Shown here: positions 1 through 8,022 of the stretch, piece by piece
Layout of the letters: each line of letters opens with the position of its first letter
Numbering within the stretch: position 1 is the first letter of the stretch
Assembly: GCA_042138025.1 (NCBI GenBank)
Contig: JBHIUZ010000002.1
Location: 3,195 to 67,194, forward strand
Length of the DNA stretch: 64,000 nucleotides
DNA from: Nitrosopumilaceae archaeon
Lineage (GTDB): Archaea > Thermoproteota > Nitrososphaeria > Nitrososphaerales > Nitrosopumilaceae
Reading direction: 5' to 3'
Program-made: the position numbers and the translations under genes
Notes under the pieces: model-generated
Databases searched by the model: none
The model's input: the letters and a program-made list of their open reading frames with translations, nothing else
Told to the model about the DNA's origin: nothing

Positions 1-2
1 TT

Positions 3-248
3 ATGCCAAAATTTGATGGCTTCTATGGAATAGAAAAAATACGTCAGTATGATCCAAAATCAAAAATAATGATAATTTCGGCCTCATTGACTCCTTCATA
101 TATTAGAAAACTACTAGAATTAAACGTAGATTCAATATCTCTAAAACCATATGATCTTTCCAATGTTATTGATTTAATAGAAAAAATAAACCAGGGAATT
201 AAAGTACAAAAAGTTCCCAATATTTTCCAAAGACAATTAAACCAATAA
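3..248 (+). CDS. Response-regulator receiver domain, C-terminal fragment (5' end outside window)
   Basis: MPKFDG...IMIISAS...LKPY matches the CheY-like signatures (MP-x-x-DG after the phospho-Asp, T/S, K-P). The ORF is open to the window edge. Confidence 0.6.
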   Translation: MPKFDGFYGIEKIRQYDPKSKIMIISASLTPSYIRKLLELNVDSISLKPYDLSNVIDLIEKINQGIKVQKVPNIFQRQLNQ

Positions 249-262
249 TTCTACATTAATCT

Positions 263-1378
263 ATGATTGAAGGATTTGCTACAACTAAAGGAACGCTTAA
301 TTTTATAAAAAAACATCCAGAAGCTAACCCAAAAAATTTTCAAAAGATACATGGTCTGTCATTATCTAATATCGGCGTAGGCACTTATCTTGGAAATATT
401 GACAGTAAAACCGATGAGATGGTTAAAACCGCGGTAAAAAATTCTATCTTATCTGGTGTTAATGTAATTGATACTGCAATAAACTATAGGTCCCAAAAGG
501 CAGAACGTTCAGTAGGAAAAGCAATTTCAGAATTAATAAATGAATCAAAACTTAATCGAGATGAAATTTTTGTTTGTACAAAAAATGGATATGTTACAAA
601 CGATGCTGATATTCATGAAGATTTTTGGCAGTATGTGAATAGAGAATATGTTTCAAGGGGAATAATTAAAAAAAATGATATAACATCTGGTTATCACTGC
701 ATGACTATCCCATATCTTAATGATCAACTCGAGCGTAGCAGAAAAAATTTAGGACTAGACTGTATTGATCTAATGTACCTTCATAATGCAGTCGAAGGTC
801 AAATCCAGGACGTAAATAAAGAACAGTTCATGAAAAATTTACGTTCTTGTTTTGAGTTTTATGAATCTAAAAGGAAAGAAGGAAAAATTAATTTCTACGG
901 AATGGCCACGTGGGAATGCTTTAGAGTTAACAAAGGCGATCCTAAATTTTTAGAGTTTTCTGACGTAATATCATTAGCAAATGAAGTAGGAGGCTCTGAA
1001 CATGGGTTTTGCTTTATTCAATTACCCTACAATATGTATCTCGATCAAGCTTTAATGATAAAAAATCACACATTTGAAGGAAATATGGAAACTATTTTGC
1101 AAATCGCAAAAAGATACAATGTAGGTGTTTTTACAAGCGTTCCATTGATGCAAGCAAAACTACTTTCCCCTGGGGTGTTGCCAGAATTTGGAAACCTATC
1201 TTCAGCTCTACGGGCAATACAATTTACTCGTTCAACCCCGGGAGTTATTGCACCGTTAATTGGACATAAATTGCCTGAGCATGTTCAAGAAAATCTTGAA
1301 ATTTTGAAAATTCCCCCTTTATCTGAACAGGAATTTCATGAACTTGTATGTAAATTCACTGCACCAAAAACTAATTAA
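263..1378 (+). CDS. Aldo/keto reductase family oxidoreductase
   Basis: 371 aa. GVNVIDTAINYRSQKAERSVGKAI and LMYLHN blocks are typical of AKR TIM-barrel enzymes. Confidence 0.8.
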   Translation: MIEGFATTKGTLNFIKKHPEANPKNFQKIHGLSLSNIGVGTYLGNIDSKTDEMVKTAVKNSILSGVNVIDTAINYRSQKAERSVGKAISELINESKLNRDEIFVCTKNGYVTNDADIHEDFWQYVNREYVSRGIIKKNDITSGYHCMTIPYLNDQLERSRKNLGLDCIDLMYLHNAVEGQIQDVNKEQFMKNLRSCFEFYESKRKEGKINFYGMATWECFRVNKGDPKFLEFSDVISLANEVGGSEHGFCFIQLPYNMYLDQALMIKNHTFEGNMETILQIAKRYNVGVFTSVPLMQAKLLSPGVLPEFGNLSSALRAIQFTRSTPGVIAPLIGHKLPEHVQENLEILKIPPLSEQEFHELVCKFTAPKTN

Positions 1379-1383
1379 TTAAA

Positions 1384-2073
1384 TTATGATTCAATTAAGA
1401 TGCCACCAAAATTTAATACTTCATTTGAAATGTTAGGTACTTTCTGATTGGTTCTTAATACAAATCCCTCTGGAACATTAACTTCAATAAATAAATCATC
1501 TCCACTTGCTGGTCTTTCGGTTTCTGAATAAATGATGGCGATAACTGCTAATTCTTCATCATCCACAAAATGATCAAAATTTTGATTTAGTACCCAATAA
1601 ACAAATGATTCTGTCTTAGTTGGTTTTTGTTTATCTACAAATGGATTATTTTCTATTATCCCTTGATTTTTTGCTTCTTCAACTGCTTCTTTTAAAGAAT
1701 TAAAAGTTCTATCCATTAGTCTCCCCGAATAAATATTTTCATGCTCTGCTATCACATTGCTTTTTCTAATTAAATTAAAAAAAATCTCTGTTGACTGTGG
1801 ATTCAAATTAACTGTTCCTCCACTAGAAGATCTAATTGGTATTGCGGTCACTGTAATTTTATCTAACGCTGAATTTGCTGCAGCTGAAATTTTACCCGAT
1901 ATCTCAAGTTGTTCTCTTACTTCATCATATGCATCTTGTACAACATCTTTTTGCGAATCATTAACTGAAAATCCAATATTTACAAAAATAAATACAAAGA
2001 CAACCGCAATTGTAAAAAATAATACTATTCCAGTATTGAACATAGGAAATACTCCTTTATGCTGATTTTTCAT
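1384..2073 (-). CDS. Archaellin / archaeal type IV pilin-like protein with class III signal peptide
   Basis: Short basic leader MKNQHKG is followed by a hydrophobic helix (VFPMFNTGIVLFFTIAVVFVFIFV). The E-rich segment and beta-rich body resemble the Arch_flagellin layout. Confidence 0.5.
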   Translation of the reverse strand: MKNQHKGVFPMFNTGIVLFFTIAVVFVFIFVNIGFSVNDSQKDVVQDAYDEVREQLEISGKISAAANSALDKITVTAIPIRSSSGGTVNLNPQSTEIFFNLIRKSNVIAEHENIYSGRLMDRTFNSLKEAVEEAKNQGIIENNPFVDKQKPTKTESFVYWVLNQNFDHFVDDEELAVIAIIYSETERPASGDDLFIEVNVPEGFVLRTNQKVPNISNEVLNFGGILIES

Positions 2074-2210
2074 TTAATCCCACTCTACATTATAATATGA
2101 AAAATACTCAGTATCTCCTCTCGTATGTTTACTGCGAACAGACAATATTTTTGTGATATTATTCAGTAATTTTAGAATCTTATAAATAACAAATATCTTC
2201 GTGAAGTACT

Positions 2211-2357
2211 ATGCCCATTGATCCTGTATGTGGAATCGAACTTGATGAAAATTTAGCCCTTGTTCATGACCATGAGGGAAAAAAATACTATTTTTGTTGT
2301 AATGGGTGTATGCGTATTTTTAAAAAAAAACCAAGAAAATGGAAAAAAAATATTTAG
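2211..2357 (+). CDS. Small TRASH/YHS-type metal-binding domain protein (48 aa, below the ORF-track cutoff)
   Basis: Own translation: MPIDPVCGIELDENLALVHDHEGKKYYFCCNGCMRIFKKKPRKWKKNI. DPVCG...YYFCC-x2-C is the TRASH/YHS cysteine pattern. Confidence 0.6.
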   Translation: MPIDPVCGIELDENLALVHDHEGKKYYFCCNGCMRIFKKKPRKWKKNI

Positions 2358-3304
2358 ATTGGAAAACTTCCGCACATTCTACAAAACTTTGAACCTTGTT
2401 TAATCTCATATCTGCAATAAGGGCATTTATTTTTAGAACTGTGTAGCTTTTCTGGTGGTTCATTGTATTTTCGATATACTTCATAATAATGAAGCGATTC
2501 CTTTGTTCTTAATTTGACATTATCGGATTTTTCAATCTGTTTTGTTTTTTTTTCAAAAACCTCGTCAGGAATCACTGTTTCAAAAAGATGAGTTAATGCC
2601 GCAGTTCCTGCGCCATCTTGCATTGGGGATTTCTCCCGCCATACGATGTTTTTAGGAAGTTTTTCTTCATAGGCTTTACGTAAAATCCATTTTCCATATT
2701 TTTTTCCTTTAAATTCATTTACTTTAAAATTTGCGGGAATTTTTTTTGCTAAATCAATTACATCATCATCAAGAAACGGTGTTTCAACTGTTATCCCAAG
2801 CGCATCACCAATTTTTTTTGAAGGAAAATGCATTATATTCCATATTCTTAGAAGGTCATTTTGTAGCTCAATGTTGTTTTTTTTCAAAAAAAAGCTATAT
2901 CCTGCAAATAACTCATCTGCCCCATCTCCTGAAATAATTTTTAAATCGCCTTCTTCTTTGGCTGTTTTTAAGATTAAATACATTATTATGGAATTTCTAA
3001 TTTCAATATCGTTAAAGTTTTTTAGAATTTTTATTGTTTCATTAATTGAATTAAGTAACTCTTCTATAGTAGGCATAATTATTTTTAAAGGTAAATTAAA
3101 TTGTTTAGCAACAAGTTGACAATAAGTTAAATCAGTAGCAATAAAATCTTTAGATGTTACTGCTATTGCCTTTGCATTTTTATCTTTAAGATAATATGCA
3201 AGTATACTACTATCTAGTCCTCCTGAAAGGGCTATAGTGATAGCCTTACATTTTGATGTGGATTTTTCTATAGCTGCTCTAAGTTCTTCTACAAAATTTT
3301 CCAA
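2354..3304 (-). CDS. Asparagine-synthase-like ATP pyrophosphatase (synthetase domain only) with C-terminal zinc ribbon
   Basis: SGGLDSS PP-loop and ISGDGADELFAGY motif of the AsnB C-domain. No N-terminal glutaminase domain. Tail is CPYC-x12-CRMC. Confidence 0.75.
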   Translation of the reverse strand: MENFVEELRAAIEKSTSKCKAITIALSGGLDSSILAYYLKDKNAKAIAVTSKDFIATDLTYCQLVAKQFNLPLKIIMPTIEELLNSINETIKILKNFNDIEIRNSIIMYLILKTAKEEGDLKIISGDGADELFAGYSFFLKKNNIELQNDLLRIWNIMHFPSKKIGDALGITVETPFLDDDVIDLAKKIPANFKVNEFKGKKYGKWILRKAYEEKLPKNIVWREKSPMQDGAGTAALTHLFETVIPDEVFEKKTKQIEKSDNVKLRTKESLHYYEVYRKYNEPPEKLHSSKNKCPYCRYEIKQGSKFCRMCGSFPI

Positions 3305-3430
3305 TAATGGATTTTACTTGTAAAATTATATAGGTTAACCTAATTGATTTTTGAATGGTATTACCAAACAGAATGAAAGTTCATAATTTTATTGTGCACC
3401 TTTAAATATTCTATATTCCATTTCTCTACT

Positions 3431-3847
3431 ATGCTACTTCCAGCTGAAATAGAATCAAAAACTCTAATACCTGCACTTAGAGCTATTTTAGCTAAAAAAC
3501 TAGCTGAACAACATAAAATTCGTGAGGATGAAATATCAAAAATGTTAGGCGTTACACAGGCGGCAATAAGTAATTACATCCGGGGCACCAGGGGGGATCC
3601 TAAGCTAATTTCTCAATTATCATCTCAAAAACAAATCACAGAAATGATTGATGAAATAAGTGAAAACCTTGCTTCAAATAAAGCATACACTCCTGCAAGT
3701 TTATCAAAATTTATTGGTCTTTGTAATTACATTAAATCTAGCTTACTAATTTGCGATATTCATCATAATCTTGAGTCAGATATAGATGAAGCAATTTGCA
3801 AAGAGTGTGAAACAATGCTTCTTAAAGGTCCTGGAAGCGTTTATTAA
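3431..3847 (+). CDS. HTH (XRE-like) transcriptional regulator with Cys/His-rich C-terminus
   Basis: KMLGVTQAAISNYIRGTRG helix-turn-helix; C-terminal CDIHH...CKEC. Start moved to the internal ATG at 3431 (track ORF starts at 3392). Confidence 0.6.
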   Translation: MLLPAEIESKTLIPALRAILAKKLAEQHKIREDEISKMLGVTQAAISNYIRGTRGDPKLISQLSSQKQITEMIDEISENLASNKAYTPASLSKFIGLCNYIKSSLLICDIHHNLESDIDEAICKECETMLLKGPGSVY

Positions 3848-3851
3848 AAAA

Positions 3852-4178
3852 TTAATTTTTCTGTAAAATAATTTCTATTGTTGAAAGCATTTTTCCAATG
3901 CCTGCTGGCATATCTGTATCTAATACAATATTTTGAATTCGTGCACTACCTTTAAGCATTTTTTCAGTTATAATATTTGCAATTGCTACTGCATTTGGAA
4001 TAGAGTTTCCTTTGGCACGAAGAATAGCCTTATTGTGTTTTCCTAAAAGGGAAATAACGTTAATTGCTTCTAACATTACTGGTTCATTACGCACATTAAA
4101 AATTGCCAATTCATCATTTTTATCTTTAGAGATTGTTGTTGATAAATTACTTTGTCCAGACTCCTCCAATACATTCAA
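3852..4178 (-). CDS. albA: Alba DNA/RNA-binding chromatin protein
   Basis: 108 aa. ILRAKGNSIPNAVAIANIITEKML matches the Alba core (ARG-x-AI-x-KAV-x-VAE-like). Confidence 0.85.
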   Translation of the reverse strand: MNVLEESGQSNLSTTISKDKNDELAIFNVRNEPVMLEAINVISLLGKHNKAILRAKGNSIPNAVAIANIITEKMLKGSARIQNIVLDTDMPAGIGKMLSTIEIILQKN

Positions 4179-4230
4179 CCCAATACGAAGAAAAATTCTA
4201 AGTTTAAAAATATTATAGATGATTTATCCA

Positions 4231-4719
4231 TTAATCAAAGAAATTAATGGGTATATTTTGATAATCCCCATTTGGTAATGACCGCCTTATAACTATGGGG
4301 ATTACTCGTTGTTCAAGCTCTTCCATAGCAATATCTAAAGATGTTTTTGCGTTTTCAGGTATTTCAATAAAAGGAGGTGCTCCTAATGAAAGTTGTAAAG
4401 CTCTTGCCCCCATTATTCTAGCTTTTTCAAATCGAGTTAATGTGGGCGGACCCATCTGAATTTTACCCTTCCCAGTAATTTCGATTTCTTGTGGTTCATG
4501 GATAGGGTCTATTTCAATAATCTCTCTTTCTTCAATAATTTTGCATTCTTTATCTAATTCTAACATTTCTTTTTCAGATAGATCTTTTTTTCCTTCTTTG
4601 ATTTTTCTATAAGAGCTTAATGCATCGCTGACACTTTTTCCAATGTCGGATTCTTCAACATCCTCTGTAGATTCTTGAATATCTTCGCTCTCTAACTCTG
4701 ACAAGTATACAAATTCCAA
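4231..4719 (-). CDS. rpoK: DNA-directed RNA polymerase subunit K (Rpo6/Rpb6 homolog) with long acidic N-terminal extension
   Basis: TRFEKARIMGARALQLSLGAPPFIEIP and IPIVIRRSLPNG are the Rpb6/RpoK core. About 85 acidic residues precede it in an uninterrupted frame. Confidence 0.85.
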   Translation of the reverse strand: MEFVYLSELESEDIQESTEDVEESDIGKSVSDALSSYRKIKEGKKDLSEKEMLELDKECKIIEEREIIEIDPIHEPQEIEITGKGKIQMGPPTLTRFEKARIMGARALQLSLGAPPFIEIPENAKTSLDIAMEELEQRVIPIVIRRSLPNGDYQNIPINFFD

Positions 4720-4824
4720 AAACCGGTAATATATTCGAATATGTGGAAAATAATCCTTTTCAGTATTTATTGCCCATGTTCTAATCCGAGCGTTTATCTG
4801 TATGCAAATCTGTTGCTATCCCGA

Positions 4825-5211
4825 ATGGAACAAAACTCTGTTTCTACAGTAAGGGTGATACTAGAGATTCGGGGAAAAGCCAAGCTTAACTGTGAGCTAA
4901 AACGACATCTTTCTCCAAGAACAGTCGGAATTATTTCTCGAAGTTTACCTTTAGAGGGAAATGCTCATCTTATTACTAAAAATATTGCGTATTTTGAAAC
5001 AACCATTGAATCTGGAATTGATAGACCCAGAAAAGAATTTAAAAAAGGAGACATAGCCTTTTTGCCAACAAACGGAAGTATTTGTTTCTTCTCCGAAACT
5101 GTATCCTCATCAAAAACTATGACTCCAATTGGAAAAATATTATCCGATGTTACATCTTTGCATGACATCAAACCTGGTGACGTGTTTACACTTTATGCAG
5201 ATACTGGTTGA
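4825..5211 (+). CDS. Cyclophilin-like fold protein (Cyclophil_like/TM1367-type), function unknown
   Basis: LNCELKRHLSPRTVGIISRSLPLEG...KKGDIAFLPTNGSICFF...TPIGK pattern. Start moved to the ATG at 4825. Confidence 0.45.
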   Translation: MEQNSVSTVRVILEIRGKAKLNCELKRHLSPRTVGIISRSLPLEGNAHLITKNIAYFETTIESGIDRPRKEFKKGDIAFLPTNGSICFFSETVSSSKTMTPIGKILSDVTSLHDIKPGDVFTLYADTG

Positions 5212-5525
5212 TAAATATGATGCCCACTAAATCCTCCAACTTTTTTAATAGTGCCATCGTTTGATAATTTTTTTAAAAATTTATTTGCTGCAGAAATTTT
5301 AATTCCAAGATGTCTTGCTAACTCTTGAATTGTAATTACTTTAGAACTTTTGATAAATTTCATGGCCTGTTCTTCATTTACTAATACAGTAATTTCTGCT
5401 TTTGAAGGACCATCTCCGGATTTATCCTTCTTTTTTCCTTTCTTCTTTTCCCCGGATTTTTTTGCATCATCGGCTCCCTGAGATTTTTGTTGTTGAGCTG
5501 GTGATTTCTTTTTTGCTCCACCCAT
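5193..5525 (-). CDS. rps25e: 30S ribosomal protein S25e
   Basis: Lys-rich N-terminus followed by a winged helix (ITIQELARHLGIKISAANKFLKKLSNDG). Confidence 0.8.
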   Translation of the reverse strand: MGGAKKKSPAQQQKSQGADDAKKSGEKKKGKKKDKSGDGPSKAEITVLVNEEQAMKFIKSSKVITIQELARHLGIKISAANKFLKKLSNDGTIKKVGGFSGHHIYQPVSA

Positions 5526-5752
5526 AAGAAAAATAAAAAATCTCCCCTACTTATAAAGGTGGATGTTTCTTTTACTAAATTTTTCATTTCATTAAGAACC
5601 ACTTACAATAATCTAGGAAAGATGTTTTTATAGAATTGATTATGGTAAAGTTTCATCTAAAGAATAATCTATCCCACCGTAAATCATTTTCATTATAATA
5701 ATTTTTTAATTTAAAATTTCAACTATATATAATCTCAAGGATATTTTAAATT

Positions 5753-5965
5753 ATGGGAATTATTGCTAAAGGCGCTAAATGCAATGTAAGTGGATGTAAT
5801 GATGATGGAGTACGTTCTCTTAATACTACTAAGGTAGAAAATGCAGGACTCCAAGTTTCATCCACCGGAAAAAAAACGGTCTTATGTAAAACGCATTATA
5901 AAGAATGGAAAAAAGAATCAAAGGATGACCGTGATCTTGAAAGAGCTAGATACGACAAGTTCTAG
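5753..5965 (+). CDS. Small Cys/His protein, putative zinc-binding, function unknown
   Basis: 70 aa with C-x4-C ... C-x2-H (CNVSGC...LCKTHY). Sits in its own intergenic slot with AT-rich upstream sequence. Confidence 0.4.
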   Translation: MGIIAKGAKCNVSGCNDDGVRSLNTTKVENAGLQVSSTGKKTVLCKTHYKEWKKESKDDRDLERARYDKF

Positions 5966-7062
5966 TTTCTCTTTCTATGTTTTACATTATAATATTTTGA
6001 AGGACTTTCTTTCAAATACTCCTTTTTTAGACTATCATAATATTTGGAAAGTTTTTTGTAAAGCCTCTTAGGTTTTCTTGTTTTATTATTACTAAGTACA
6101 TACAATGCCAAAATTGGAAAGGCGATTGTAGAATCAGCATAAACTGTAATCATATCATGATGCGCATCGTGCACCTTTCCCCAACTTTTACCTTCTTGTA
6201 GTGTTGCACCTGAGAGACCTCCTGTATCTGGTCTTGCATCAGTAATCTGAATTATGTAATCTTGCCCCCCATCATTTCTTCGAAGTATTTGATCTAATAG
6301 AGGCCCTGTTTGTTGAGCAGAATTTTTTGGCACTCCTCCTCCTAACTCTAAAATTCCTGATTTTTTAGAATTATACACAATTGCTGCCTGTTCAATTATT
6401 TCTCTAACAAAATCTAATTTGTATACTTTATCTCGTAATCTATGTACTGCTAAATTTAATGCCAAAGATGAATCAAGTAATGCAGGAGCATAAACTGGTA
6501 CATCGTATTTATAGGCAGTAGCAATAAAACTTTTTTGAGGATATTTTGCCTTTTTCATTGTGACATTTCCCATCAGATTACAAAATTCGGCACTGGTAAA
6601 TGGTTTATCAATTAAATTTTCTTTAAACATTTTTTGTATAACTTGATCTTCAGCTTCTAATGTTTCATAGAATTTAATAAAAACATCTCGAATTCTAACT
6701 ATCTCTTTTTCGTAAAGTTTCATATCATCTACTTCATAATGTCCTTGCTTAACTGGAAAGCCCCATGCAAAATGATCTTCGTGATATACATTAGCTCCAG
6801 TTGTAATAATCCAATCAACAAATCCTCGTTCAATTAAAGTTTGTACAATTCCGCCCATTCCTACTGGAGTCATTGCCCCAGTAACCGTAAGACAGATTAC
6901 TGCGTCCTCTTTAATCATTTTAGAATACAATTTTGCAGCTTCTCCTAACTTTCTACCATTATACCCGCTTCTAGCGTATACCTCTATGAGATCTCCAATC
7001 TTCATTTTTGGGTCTAGCTTAATGTGGGGAATGTCTTTTCCATGAAAGTGATGATGATCCAC
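5962..7062 (-). CDS. dys: Deoxyhypusine synthase
   Basis: 366 aa. MTPVGMGG, TTGANVYHED, LELGGGVPKN and DYIIQITDARPDTGGLSGA blocks are typical of DHS. Confidence 0.9.
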   Translation of the reverse strand: MDHHHFHGKDIPHIKLDPKMKIGDLIEVYARSGYNGRKLGEAAKLYSKMIKEDAVICLTVTGAMTPVGMGGIVQTLIERGFVDWIITTGANVYHEDHFAWGFPVKQGHYEVDDMKLYEKEIVRIRDVFIKFYETLEAEDQVIQKMFKENLIDKPFTSAEFCNLMGNVTMKKAKYPQKSFIATAYKYDVPVYAPALLDSSLALNLAVHRLRDKVYKLDFVREIIEQAAIVYNSKKSGILELGGGVPKNSAQQTGPLLDQILRRNDGGQDYIIQITDARPDTGGLSGATLQEGKSWGKVHDAHHDMITVYADSTIAFPILALYVLSNNKTRKPKRLYKKLSKYYDSLKKEYLKESPSKYYNVKHRKRN

Positions 7063-7146
7063 GAAATGAAAAAATTCCTACACTAATTAATACTTGCGAA
7101 TGGATTTATTATCTACTTATGGAACCATGTTCCAAGTATTTATAAA

Positions 7147-7485
7147 ATGAAAATTATAGATCTTCCAAATCCGAAACGAATTAATCGAATCCCAGATAGT
7201 TCTGTAGTAATTTTTTCAGAAAAGAATTTTTCAGAACAGGGATTTTTAATAAAAAAAATTGTATTGAAACTATTTATTGAAAAAATTGATGAAAATCTTG
7301 GGCCTTATTCTTTGATAACCTGTCTTGTTGATACCGATAAAGGCTCAATTGAAATGAAGTATGAAGAAGGGTATCTTGGAATTAATTCATTAGAACGCTC
7401 AAAAGACTTGCTTATTTCAAATCTAGGAATATCGGGTTTAATCAAACGCTCTGTAATCGCTTTGGAATCTGCATTAAATAGGTAA
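7147..7485 (+). CDS. Hypothetical protein
   Basis: 112-aa ORF filling an otherwise empty gap. No motif recognised. Confidence 0.35.
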   Translation: MKIIDLPNPKRINRIPDSSVVIFSEKNFSEQGFLIKKIVLKLFIEKIDENLGPYSLITCLVDTDKGSIEMKYEEGYLGINSLERSKDLLISNLGISGLIKRSVIALESALNR

Positions 7486-7545
7486 ATTTCTGTCAGCTGC
7501 CATTTACAAACAAGTGGCTTTATTGCTATTTTCCCTAGTCAATTT

Positions 7546-7947
7546 ATGTCCCAATCTAATGACAAATCAATTCCTATTACTGCTATTGTTGTAGATGACG
7601 ATGAGGATTCATTAGACTCAATTTGTCAGACCCTAGAAATAGGTGGAATAGATATTGTTGGAAAAGGCTCTGATGGCGAACAAGCATACAAACTATACTC
7701 GACATTAATTCCTGACGTTGTAATTTTGGATATGAATATGCCAAACTATGATGGAGGCTATGCCTTAGAAAAAATTACCCAGGATTTTCCTGACGCAAAA
7801 ATTATTGTAGTGACTGCATTTACTGATTATAAATTTGAAAAGGCGAAGGCTACGGCAGTATTTACTAAACCCTATGATTTTGAACCATTTTTAGATACAA
7901 TTAAAAAAATAGCTAAAAAGAAAGTAGCCTCACAAATTACTAATTAA
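7546..7947 (+). CDS. Stand-alone response-regulator receiver (CheY-like)
   Basis: VVDDDED, VILDMNMPNYDG, VVTAF and TKPY give all receiver signature positions. No output domain. Confidence 0.85.
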   Translation: MSQSNDKSIPITAIVVDDDEDSLDSICQTLEIGGIDIVGKGSDGEQAYKLYSTLIPDVVILDMNMPNYDGGYALEKITQDFPDAKIIVVTAFTDYKFEKAKATAVFTKPYDFEPFLDTIKKIAKKKVASQITN

Positions 7948-8022
7948 TTATTAAAATTTGTAGTATTTTATAATATTCTCACATTAGATACCTTTATTTC
8001 AATAACTTTAGAGTCTCAAATT

